DNA from: Bispira polyomma
Lineage: Eukaryota
Assembly (NCBI GenBank): GCA_965649765.1
Contig: OZ287748.1
Coordinates: 107,198,001-107,262,000, forward strand
Direction of reading: 5' to 3'
DNA: 64,000 nucleotides
Position numbers and translations under genes: made by a program. Under the pieces are notes generated by a model. That model was not told the origin of the DNA. It made no database searches and saw only the letters and a program-made list of their open reading frames with translations. Positions 23,713 through 35,700 of the stretch are shown piece by piece (position 1 is the first letter of the stretch; every line of letters starts with the position of its first letter).

Positions 23713-23940
23713 AGTATTTGTTTTTCAGTAAAACTAGGACCATAAAAGTTTCAGTTCTACACATTCAATCCAGTTTTAAATATTAAATTCAGTTCTACAC
23801 ATAAATTCAGTTTTACACATTAAATTTAGTTTTACACATTAAATTGTTACATGACCGACAAACTAAATCTAAATTGATCTATAATTGAATGCTGAGCAAT
23901 AATTGAACACATGAGCAATAGTCTATACGACAAAGACTTC

Positions 23941-25888
23941 CTGTCTCTCAGCTTACCTGTAAGAGGTGGGGCTGTCTCTTACCTGTAAGAGGTAGGGCTG
24001 TCTCTCAGCTTAGCTGTAAGAGGTGGGGCTATCTCTTAGTTTACCTGTAAGAGGTGAGGCTGTCTCTTAGCTTACCTGTAAGAGGTGGGGCTATCTCTTA
24101 GTTTACCTGTAAGAGGTGGGGCTATCTCTCAGCTTACCTGTAAGAGGTGGGGCTGTCTCTTAGTTTACCTGTAAGAGGTGGGGCTGTCTCTTAGTTTACC
24201 TGTAAGAGGTGGGGCTGTCTCTCAGCTTACCTGTAAGAGGTGGGGCTGTCTCTTAGTTTACCTGTAAGAGGTGGGGCTGTCTCTCAGCTTACCTGTAAGA
24301 GGTGGGGCTGTCTCTCAGCTTACCTGTAAGAGGTGGGGCTGTCTCTTAGTTTACCTGTAAGAGGTGGGGCTGTCTCTCAGTTTACCTGTAAGAGGTGGGG
24401 CTATCTCTTAGTTTACCTGTAAGAGGTGGGGCTATCTCTTAGTTTACCTGTAAGAGGTGGGGCTATCTCTCAGCTTACCTGTAAGAGGTGGGGCTATCTC
24501 TCAGCTTACCTGTAAGAGGTGGGGCTATCTTAGGTTACCTGTACGAGGTGGGGCTGTCTCTCAGCTTACCTGTAAGAGGTGGGGCTGTCTCTCAGCTTAC
24601 CTGTAAGAGGTGGGGCTGTCTCTTAGTTTACCTGTAAGAGGTGGGGCTGTCTCTTAGTTTACCTGTAAGAGGTGGGGCTATCTCTTAGTTTACCTGTAAG
24701 AGGTGGGGCTGTCTCTCAGCTTACCTGTAACAGGTGGGGCTATCTCTTAGTTTACCTGTAAGAGGTGGGGCTATCTCTCAGCTTACCTGTAACAGGTGGG
24801 GCTATCTTAGTTTACCTGTAAGAGGTGGGGCTGTCTTTTAGCTTACCTGTAAGAGGTAGGGCTGTCTCTTAGCTTACCTGTAAGAGGTGGGGCTATCTCT
24901 TAGTTTACCTGTAAGAGGTGGGGCTATCTCTCAGCTTACCTGTAAGAGGTGGGGCTATCTTAGTTTACCTGTAAGAGGTGGGGCTTTCTCTTAGCTTACC
25001 TGTAAGAGGTGGGGCTGTCTCTCAGCTTAGCTGTAAGAGGTGGGGCTGTCTCTTAGTTTACCTGTAAGAGGTGGGGCTGTCTCTCAGCTTACCTGTAAGA
25101 GGTGGGGCTGTCTCTTAGTTTACCTGTAAGAGGTGGGGCTGTCTCTTAGTTTACCTGTAAGAGGTGGGGCTGTCTCTTAGTTTACCTGTAAGAGGTGGGG
25201 CTGTCTCTTAGTTTACCTGTAAGAGGTGGGGCTATCTCTCAGCTTACCTGTAAGAGGTGGGGCTATCTCTCAGCTTACCTGTAAGAGGTGGGGCTATCTT
25301 AGTTTACCTGTAAGAGGTGGAGCTGTCTCTTAGCTTACCTGTAAGAGGTGGGGCTATCTCTTAGTTTACCTGTAAAAGGTGGGGCTGTCTCTCAGCTTAC
25401 CTGTAAGAGGTGGGGCTATCTCTTAGTTTACCTGTAAGAGGTGGGGCTGTCTCTCAGTTTACCTGTAAGAGGTGGGGCTATCTCTTAGTTTGCCTGTAAA
25501 AGGTGGGGCTATCTCTCAGCTTACCTGTAAGAGGTGGGGCTATCTTAGTTTACTTGTAAGAGGTGGGGCTGTCTCTTAGCTTACCTGTAAGAGGTGGGGC
25601 TGTCTCTTAGCTTACCTGTAAGAGGTGGGGCTATCTCTTAGTTTACCTGTAAGAGGTGGGGCTATCTCTCAGCTTACCTGTAAGAGGTGGGGCTATCTCT
25701 TAGTTTACCTGTAAGAGGTGGGGCTGTCTCTTAGTTTACCTGTAAGAGTTGGGGCTATCTCTTAGTTTACCTGTAAGAGGTGGGGCTGTCTCTTAGTTTA
25801 CCTGTAAGAGGTGGGGCTATCTCTCAGCTTACCTGTAAGAGGTGGGGCTGTCTCTTAGCTTACCTGTAAGAGGTGGGGCTGTCCCTCA
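23941..25888 (-). repeat. 31-nt donor array (~60 copies of cacctcttacag|gtaa)
   Basis: The + strand reads cttacctgtaagaggtggggctgtctctcag; the rightmost copy is the real exon end at 25864. Confidence 0.98.
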
Positions 25889-26045
25889 AACATCTCCTTC
25901 ATGTACTTATAGTCTGCATAACACCAGTACTGAGCAGGACTGTACTGTATGAGGGGGTTGTGTGTGTGAGCTGAACCGTCCACCCACTCTACAAACTCCC
26001 CTAGTGTGACCTCTACATACAGACACTGACCCTCATACTGGACAC
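25864..26045 (-). CDS. HSPBAP1: HSPBAP1 exon (VQYEGQCLYVEVTLGEFVEW...YWCYADYKYMKEMFEGQPHLLQ)
   Basis: W-x-YADYKY motif; 182 nt, phase 1 to 0; ttgtag acceptor and gtaagc donor. Confidence 0.93.
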
Positions 26046-26511
26046 CTACAATACATAACATCAGTACTGTATGAGGGGGTTGTGTGTGTGAGCTGAACCC
26101 TCCATCCACTGTACAAACTCCCCTAATGTGGCCTCTATGGACACACACTGACCCTCATACTGGACACCTACAAGGTCAAGGTCTCACACACAGTCTGACC
26201 TCTATATACACAAACTGACCCTCATACTGTACACCTACAAGGTCAAGGTTACACACTGAGTTTACACACACTGCTCTTTAATGACTCGTTATACATTGCT
26301 CACTGTACTGACAAGTTCAATGTTATTCTGCTGAAAACAGCTAACAAGCCCCGATAGGTAAGATAAATTGGCCCGATTAGTTTCCAAGATCACATATTTT
26401 TGCCCGAGACCACTAAGATCATTCACATGACATTTTTAATCATTGATATATGTGTAGGCCACACAACAATACAGACCTTCACAACCTACAATACAAGTCT
26501 GGATGACTCAC

Positions 26512-26672
26512 TTGGTGCAGACCTCTTGCCAATTCTAAACCTCAGTTTGGCAGGATGTTCTTTTGCCAGAGATGCAGGTGTCCACCTAAAACACGGCCAG
26601 TGTCCGAGTTCTTCCTTGATCACAAAAGGTCTGCTCAGTCTGTCACACGACATCACCACAGTTTGGCCTCGG
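26512..26672 (-). CDS. HSPBAP1: HSPBAP1 first recognisable coding exon (RGQTVVMSCDRLSRPFVIKEELGHWPCFRW...LRFRIG)
   Basis: Matches the recalled HSPBAP1 N-terminal pattern P-x-I...WP...W...RFR-G; acttacag acceptor and gtgagt donor; in-frame ATG at 26653-26651. Confidence 0.85.
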
Positions 26673-27830
26673 CTGTAAGTACAAAGGATGAAAGTATACA
26701 ACCATATCACAACACGACATCACCACAGTTTGGACTTGGCTGTGGGAACAAAGGATGAAAGTATATAGATATATTACAACACATCACCACAGTTTGGCCT
26801 CAGCTGTTGGTACAAAGGATAAAAGTATATAAATATATTACAACACGACATCATCACAGTTTGGCCTCAGCTGTGGGAACAAAGGATCAAAGTAAATAGA
26901 TATATTACAACACATCACCACAGTTTGGCCTCAGCTGTGGGTACAAAGGATAAAAGTATATAAATATATTACAACACGACATCATCACAGTTTGGCCTCG
27001 GCTGTGGGTACAAAGGTTGAAAGTACATAACTATATTACAACACGACATCACCACAGTTTGGCCTCGGCTGTGGGTACAAAGGTTGAAAGTACATAACTA
27101 TATTACAACACGACATCACCACAGTTTGGCCTTGGCTGTGGGTACAAAGGATGAAAGTATACAACCATATCACAACATGACATCACCACAGCTTGGCCTC
27201 GGCTGTGGGTACAAAGGATAAAAGTTTCTAACTATATTACAACACAACATCACCACAGTTTGGCCTCGGCTGTGGGTACAAAGGATGAAAGTATACAACC
27301 ATATCACAACACGACATCACCACAGTTTGGCCTCGGCTGTGGGTACAAAGGATGAAAGTATATAACTATATTACAACACGACATCACAACAGTTTGGCCT
27401 CGGCTGTGGGTACAAAGGATGAAAGTATATAAATATACTACAACACATCACCACAGTTTGGCCTCGGCTGTGGGTACAAAGGATGAAAGTATATAACTAT
27501 ATTACAACATGACATCACCACAGTTTGGCCTCGGCTGTGGGAACAAAGGATGAAAGTATATAAATATACTACAACACATCACCACAGTTTGGCCTCGGCT
27601 GTGGGTACAAAGGATAAAAGTATATAAATATATTATAACACGACATCATCACAGTTTGGCCTCAGCTGTGGGAACAAAGGATCAAAGTATATAAACATAT
27701 CACAACACGACATCACCACAGTTTGGCCTCGGCTGTGGGTACAAAGGATGAAAGTATATAACTGTATTACGACATCACCACAGTTTGGCCTCGGCTGTAA
27801 GTACAAAGGATGAAAGTATATAAATATATC
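26644..27830 (-). repeat. 64-67-nt acceptor array (~17 decoys plus the real acceptor)
   Basis: The + strand reads cacgacatcaccacagtttggcctcgg|ctgtgggtacaaaggatgaaagtata... Confidence 0.96.
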
Positions 27831-28272
27831 AGGGTTGAGATGAAAAACCCGCCCGGGAAAACCCGGATTAACCCGTACTGGGCAATACTCCCAAAAGTGG
27901 GCAACACTCCAAAATGGGCGGGTAATACTCCAAAAGGTGGACAATACTCCAAAAGGGGCGGGTAATACTCAAAAAGGTGGACAATACTCCAAAAGGGGCG
28001 GGTAATACTCCAAAAGGTGGGTAATACTCCAAAAGGGGCGGGTAATACTCAAAAAGGTGGGTAATACTCCAAAAGGGGCGGGTAATACTCAAAAAGGTGG
28101 GTAATACTCCAAAAGGGGCGGGTAATACTCAAAAAGGTGGGTAATACTCCAAAAGGGGCGGGTAATACTCAAAAAGGTGGGTAATACTCCAAAAGGGGTG
28201 GGTAATACTCCAAAAGGTGGGTAATACTCCAAAAGGGGTGGGTAATACTCCAAAAGGTGGGTAATACTAGCA
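27830..28272. mobile_element. DNA-transposon end (CAGGGTT start) with 19-21-nt subterminal repeats (~20 copies)
   Basis: cagggttgagatgaaaaacccg followed by gggtaatactccaaaagg(t/ggc) units. Confidence 0.55.
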
Positions 28273-28944
28273 AATGTGGGCAGTGCCATTAGTTATTAAA
28301 AAAAGATCTTCAATAATAATATTTAATATGCACATTCGTTATGTAGGTTCACCCACTCAGCCATTTATGGAAACAAATGAAGAGTTCAAATTTTCTCCCT
28401 TTATATAGAGGACAAGTGTAAAATTATCATAATAAATGACACAGTGACACTGACAATATTTAAATAGTTAAAAGCTATGAAGCCACAGTACTGAAGTAGG
28501 AATGTATCTAATGTGACATGCATGGTGTAATCCCACATAAAATGTCAAGTAAAATGTATCCTGTGACAGAAAGGATTAGCCACTCAGCTCAATTTAGTGC
28601 AAGGTTTGAGGTATGACAGATTTGGATTATGGTTTGTTTGTGACAAGTTAATTGCAATTATTATGACCAAACAGCCTAGAACCAGAAAAAAGGTTTTGTA
28701 AACAATTGTATGAAAATGCCTATTTTGTTTGTGTATGTGTGTGTCAGTTTGTAAGTCTTTATTGTATGACCTAGACAATGCTTTAAAGCATATATTTCAA
28801 ATTGCATAAATTTTGCTTTATTCTTAAAATATATTCTTTAGCTTTATTCTAAAAATATATTCTTTAAAGTTTTTTTGTTTTTTTTATGAAAGTCAATAAT
28901 TTGTTGTCAGTGTTAATGTCTAGGTATCTAGGTGTCTAGGTATT

Positions 28945-30267
28945 AATGATGCGCATATTATTGGGGTAACCGACAATGCTCGAAACATATTAAATGTTTG
29001 GAATGATCATTTGGAAAGAATAAATATTCCCTGTGTTGCTCACACATTGAATCTTGCTGTAGGTAGAGTTCTTAAGATTGGGAGTGTAGCAAACATTCAT
29101 GGACATGTTCGAAACTTGGTGTCACAATTTCATTACTCAACAACCTTGGCAGCTAAACTGAAGGCCAAACAAAGCCTTTTGAAAATGGCTCAAAACAAGC
29201 TCATGAATGATTGTCCAACCAGATAGAATTCAAGCTTTGATATGTTGAGTAGGGTCTCAGATAAGCAATTGGCTATATGCGCTGTGTTAGTTGAAACCCC
29301 AAGTAAGTTGAACCTCAGTTTAGAAATCAAACAAGTTAAAACAATGGAGGAGCTCTGTTGTTTGTTAAAACCAATTAAAGACCTCACTGTTAAGCTTAGT
29401 GGCCAAACCTATTGTACTAGTTCCATTGTACTTCCCTCAATACAGAAGCTCCTAAATGTCCACCTTGCTCAAGATGAAAATGACTCAAAATATATGAGAG
29501 ACTCAAAACTGGCCTTAAATAATGACCTGAACAAGAGGTATACCGATCCAAATATTAGAAAACATTTCCTTGCATCCTCCTTTTTAAATCCAAAGTTCAG
29601 GCAGTTGTCATTTGCCTCTGTCCAAGAATATGATAAGACAAAACAAATTGTACAAGCTGAAGCTGTTCAATGTGAGAAAAAGTCAAAATTGATAAGGACC
29701 CAGATTGCCCAACCCATGATACCCCCATTACAGGTAAAACGAGAGTCAAACTTGGCTGCATCTCAATCTATTGAGACCCCCGACCAACCAATATGGTCAG
29801 AATTGTCTGAAGATTCCTTAAATGTTGTGTCTGTTAAAAGGGAATTGGTTGACCCTGATATACCAACTGAGATAAAAAGGCTCAAAATTGGTGGGTGCTT
29901 TAATCTTGATGATGTTATTTGTTGTGGAGTGCAAATGGGGGTAGACAACTCCCCAAAAGAGAGGGCTCAGAGTGAAATAGACAGATATTTATCTGAACCA
30001 TTGGATATTCAGTTACTGAAAAACAAACATATTTCTGTACTACAATGGCGGGGTACTCATGAGCCTTCTTATCCCATGTTGGCAAGAGTAGCTAGAGAAT
30101 TGCTCTGTATTCCTGCAACTTCAACACCCTCAGAGAGGGTGTTCAGTCTAGCAGGCAACATTGTTACAAAAAAACGAAGTTTGCTGTTGCCTGAAAATGT
30201 GGACAAGCTCATATTCTTAAACATGAATAAAGAATATCTGGACAAAAATGACTTTCATGATAATTGA
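28945..30267 (+). pseudogene. hAT (ZBED1/Ac-like) transposase C-terminal remnant
   Basis: TDNA, CVAHTLNL, DCPTR*NS (Trp to TAG), LNPKF, and the IPATSTPSERVFS dimerisation motif. Confidence 0.92.
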
Positions 30268-30617
30268 TGAACATTCCACAAAGTGGTTATTTAAGTCTAT
30301 AATCGAAAATCATTGCTTGAAAAGTGACTACTTCTTTGTCTGAATTTCTGAGTTTGTTCAAATATTAAGTCATATAATGTGTCTAAGTGCTGAATAAAAT
30401 ATGTTGTCTTGAATTTGTGTGTTGTCCCCTGTGTCCTAATATGCTCTCTACCTACCCAAAACATTTTCTATAAAAATAAAGTATACTTTTTTGGTAAAAC
30501 CCGTTTTTCGTTCGAAAGGTTTATTCGGCAACCGGTTTTGAAAATTCACACCAACCACTACACTAAAAAAGAGTGAATCAAACTATTATGCATATACGTT
30601 CACTGATAGTGGGTGGA

Positions 30618-32735
30618 AAGAGAATTGACTTTGAAAAGGCTTTTGACACCGTAAATTGGGATTTTCTGAGAAACTGTTTGAAGTATTATGGTTTCCTTAA
30701 AACTTTTCAGAGATGGATATCCATCCTGTATTGTGAAACTGGAAGTTATGTCACCAACAATGGTTATCAGTCTGCCTATTTCAGATTGTCTAGAGGTATC
30801 CGACAAGGCTGTCCAATCAGTGCCCTTTTATTTTTGTTGATAGCTTAAGTTATTGCTATAATTCTTTGTGAGTCCAACTCTGTTGAAGGATTAATTTCAG
30901 AAACCACATTAAACTCTGTCTTTTGGCCGATGACATGACAATGTTTTTAACTGATATGTCATCTGTTAAAAGTGTCCTTACTCTCTGTGAAGAATTTTAC
31001 CAATATGCTGGCCTAAAACTAAAAAAAAGTAAGACTGAAGCAATTATTATTGAGAATGATGGTACCATGAAAGAAGATCCCAGTTTGGGCATAAGGTAGA
31101 AAAATGATCCTTTCAGAACATTAGGCATATGGTTCTCTGTTAACCATGAAGAAATGAGGTTCTTGAATATGAATAATAAAATGGAAAAAAAATCAAATCT
31201 GTTCTCAATGTATGAAAAACTAGATGTCTAACACTCAAAGGCCTTTTGCACCTTAGAATTCGTTACAACGAAAATAAGCGCTAAAAAAAAAAGTTTGATA
31301 TAAAGGCAAGATAACTGTACTAAAACCTTAAGTGAACCTGTATCTAGTGGCTGGATTACAATGGTTTCTTCTATGTACGTAATAAAAACTGCAAAAATTT
31401 TGTGGATAAAAAGACAAAGCTAGCACCCAAGCTAGAAGCCTATGATTTCCTTTTGGGTATTTATGCCAAAGCCTTAAATGGCACAAGTGGTTTTCACATT
31501 GCAAACCTGTTGGACCAATAATAAGTGTGACATAGGCACTTTAAAGTTTGGCCTACCCCATTTGACCTTACACGATGGGTCCAAGGTCAGATATGACCAC
31601 AGCAAAAGATTCCCAGGCCTTGGTTTTCTACAGGTTGGTTTCATATTCCAAACATCAAGGACCAATAATAAGCGAGATATAGGCACTTTTTAGTTTGGCC
31701 ATCCGCATTTGACCTTGAACAAGGGGCCCAAGGTCAAATCTAAGCACATCAAAAGATTCCCAGCCTATGATTTTCTATAGGTTGGTTTGGCACTTCAAAT
31801 GTCTGGGACCAATAATGAGTGAGATAAAGGCACTTTTTAAGTTTTGCCATCCTAGTGAAGTGGACACAATTGACGAAAATTGCTCTGAACCGCAAATATT
31901 AACTTAAAAGTGTTACAGTCTGGAAGTAATCAAACTTTAAGGTCACCATACAATAGGGTTCCTCCTCAGGTCCATATACATCTGTGTGCCAAATATGAAT
32001 GAAATCCATGAAGCAGTTTGGGAGTTAAAGTTTGGAAAGAGAGAAACATGCTGCAACCTTAAAGTCATCATAAAATTTTAACTCTTAGGAGTATAAGGTC
32101 ACCATAATGTAGGGTTCCTCCTCAGGTCCATATACATCTGTGTACCAATTATGAATGAAATCCATCAAGCGGTTTTAGAGTTAGAGTCCGGAAACTAAAC
32201 GATGACGACAGATAAAGCAATCCCTATGTGTCCGCCAGAGCAGGGGACACAAAAATTAAAATCAAAGCTTTTAATAGTTGCGAGTGGTGTCATTTTCATA
32301 CAGAAACTTTGGATCATCTTTTTATTGAATGTAATTGTGTTAAAAAATTTTGGCTAGCAACTCAAGAAATATTAGAAAACAGTTATCGCTTGAGCAGAAT
32401 TTTATCAGAGAAAGAAATTATATTTGGAATACTTGAAAGTGATCATGAAAATCATATTGTGAATCAAATGAATACAATTATACTTTATGTTAAATATTAC
32501 ATCTGGAAGTCAAAACTAACAAAAAAATGTCCAACTATGGAAGAATTTAAAAAAACAATGCAATGTTCAATTGTATATAATGATATTGTTATGTAATAAC
32601 ATTACTTTTACTTTTATAGTTGAATATTTACAACAGCTGGGGGTGACAATGTTTGTGCTGTACTAGATGTCGGCTGTCTTGTGTTGTACGTCTCCTGTGG
32701 AGTCTTGTGTCCTTTTGTATTAAACAAAAAAAAAA
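30618..32735 (+). mobile_element. Fragmented L1/Tx1 LINE (RT 30618-31410; 3' end 32255-32735)
   Basis: IDFEKAFDTV, RGIRQGCPIS, ADD, and CxxC...ETLDHLFIEC motifs; A-rich tail. Confidence 0.85.
31415..32255. mobile_element. Helentron-associated non-autonomous element inserted in the LINE
   Basis: Internal ~145-nt repeats; ends in the hairpin tgtgtcc...ggacaca followed by an A-run. Confidence 0.6.
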
Positions 32736-35700
32736 GTTTACTTTTAGGAGATAGAAAAACAACAACAAAGTGAATGTTTTTTTAAAGAAGTTTAAGTGGT
32801 TGTCTAATTACCATATTTTGGTATTTTTAGAATGGATACATATATTTAACATATATAACTTTAAATTTCATCAAAACTAGTACTTACTGATTGTCATTCG
32901 GGTGGTACTTAATGGAAAAATATATATGACGATTGTACCCTATAGGGGTTTAGACGTGACTATTATACCGAATATATGGGCAAAATAATTAATCCTCTCT
33001 AATACTGAATGGCAAATGTCAGCAAAATAAGACTAATTTTGTCAACTACAAATAAATTACGGAATAAATTATATATTTCTTAATTTTATATAATATAATA
33101 ATATTATATAATACACTATATAATATATTTTATGTGCTACTTTTATACAATGCTACTTGTTTTTATCTCTATATATTTAAGTTTAAAGACAAGTTACATG
33201 TGTACATATACATCTGTGGTCGTTACTTCGGCGTGGTTGTTACTTTGACCGTGTTAATAATACTGTGATATAGCATATAAAACACTTAATAGAAAAATCG
33301 TCAATAAAACAACACATAAATGTTTTACAACTTACGAAAATACAACTTTTCTCATTCCCAAAATGCCATGTTACCACAGAAATATTCGGTATAAAACCAA
33401 ATGAAATATCCTCAGACTTGATCACAATAGTCAAACCACTTTCGCGAAAGCGAAGTCACATTAAGTTTGAACTTATTGAAGGTAATGCTAGAAATGCCCT
33501 CTGAAAATTAGGTATAACATTTTATATGGTCACATTATTTTTTTTATTTATACGACTAAACTTGTGTAGATATATTCTACAATTTTAACCTCTTTTAAAA
33601 CACCAACTAAATCATAATTAGGCAACAACCTTGATGGTAGCCGAATTATTGTCCCCTTTTAGTAGAAAGTAACTGTCCACATGGACGAGTAAATGATCAC
33701 TGAAAATAAAAAAAAACTGAACACATTTCAGTGAACAGTTACTGAGAATTTCGAGGCATGTCAAGTATGAAAAGAGGTATCATTGTTAAATATTCTAAAA
33801 CAGTAATACATAATATTTGTGTAAAGTGACTTACTATATTGTTTGTTAATTTTAGTGTGAAGATAAGTGTCTCAGTTACACATATTTTGTTAGCAGTTAT
33901 CTTATAACTACTAGCTTGAAAGAAAAAGAATCTTGTGTATTTATGTGTGGTACCAATACGTGTACACATGTGTACTCATGTGTAGTGATGTAGTGTTTTT
34001 ACGTGTACTCAAGGAATCTTGTGTATTTATGTGTGCTACCTTTACATGTACACATGTGTACTCATGTGTAGTGATTAAGTGTTTTTACGTGTACACATGT
34101 GTACTCATGTGTATTGATGTAGTGTTTTTACATGTACACACGTGTACTCATGTGTATTGATGTAGTGTTTTTATGTGTACTCATGTACACATTTTGTTTG
34201 CATGCTTGCTGGGACTTCCTGTTACTCAATATGATGTAAACAAAGCTTTAGAAGTTTAAGTGATTTTATTAAGAATTTGAACTAGGGACAGAGAAAATAA
34301 CATGGTGCCAGAACCCGGGAATTTATGGTAAAGATATAGAGCAAGAACATTAAAAAGAAGAATGCAAATAAAAGTAGATGGAGATGGATTTCAATCTGGC
34401 ATTTTAGAAACTTCTAGGATGACTTCTAGAAACAATTAGGGAACTAATTTGCAGAAAACTGAACTCACAATATGAAAGAAACATGCTAAGACAATGTAAG
34501 TAACATTTGTGACATTTATCAAGAAATAAGTCAACGTGCTGTGTAAACGGTGAAACTAGGCCAGAATTAATAGTATATATATAGAGCAACCCAATTAAGC
34601 TGATATAATATACTAGGAGTATATCATTCAGAATGGGGGGATAAAGACTTGATAGAGAAGAAAATAAGATCACTGACGGCACAAAAGGGACAAGTTACCA
34701 AGGCAATTCAAAGGTTAGAAGGTGCATTATCACAACCAGATGCTGATAACGATGTCATACAGGAGTACATCAAAAGTCTAAACAAAAGATTTGGGAAAGT
34801 AGAAGGCCTCTATGATGAGTTAGCAGAACTTGTTGAACCAGGGAATAAAATGGACACAATGTCTCAAGAGATTGAAACATATCTCGCAAATGTGTAAGAC
34901 ATCAGGATAAGAGCCAAGAAGAAAATGAAAACAGAGGCATTACCAACACCAAGCATTGGTGTCACCAGTACCCGAGTGAAACTCCCTGAACTACATCTGC
35001 CAAAGTTCAGAGGAGACATCCTAGAGTTCCCTCGTTTTTGGGACTTGTTCACAACTACTGTCGACAAAGATTCCAAACTGTCTCCAGTACACAAGTTTAC
35101 ATATCTGAGTGGTTATCTTGAAGGGGAGGCAGCAGATGTGATAAGAGAATTGAGGGTGACAGAAGAGAACTACAACAAGGCCAAGGAGATATTACAAGAA
35201 AGGTACCATAGACCAGATGCCTTAATCTTTCGGCACATCCAAAGCCTGCTTCACTTAGATACAGACAACGCCAGGAATAAAGATAACCTCACCAAGCTTA
35301 GAACAGTAATGGATCAAGTTAACATACATATACGATCCCTAGAGGCACTGGGAATAAATGGTGCTGATTACGGTGTGATTTTGGTCCCATTGATATTATC
35401 AAGACTCCCACATGAAATTCTCAGTGAGTGGTCAAGAAAATCTAGAGGTAGAGAAAGAGACCTCAAATACCTTCTTGATCTTTGCAACGAAGAGATACAG
35501 ATAAAAGAGAGAGCACAGAGTGTGAGACTCATCCCTGCTGAGAAACCAACAGATAAAACAATAGTGAGTGCAGATAAAGAAAAGCGTAAAATGCAGCCAA
35601 ACTCCAGTCGAACAACTGCAGCTGCACTTCTGACTATTGACAACAGATGCATTTTTTGTGATAGAAGCGGTCATGATGCAACTGTATGCCGGACAATCAA

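Noticed and set aside
22987-23786. Four long overlapping ORFs (213-237 aa)
   Set aside because: By-product of a 21-nt stop-free minisatellite inside an HSPBAP1 intron.
23941-25888. CRISPR-like array (31-nt period)
   Set aside because: Head-to-tail units with no unique spacers, no cas genes, and a eukaryotic intron context. The same applies to the other arrays.
29011-30267. Domesticated ZBED-type gene
   Set aside because: In-frame stop at the conserved TRWNS tryptophan and no N-terminal half.
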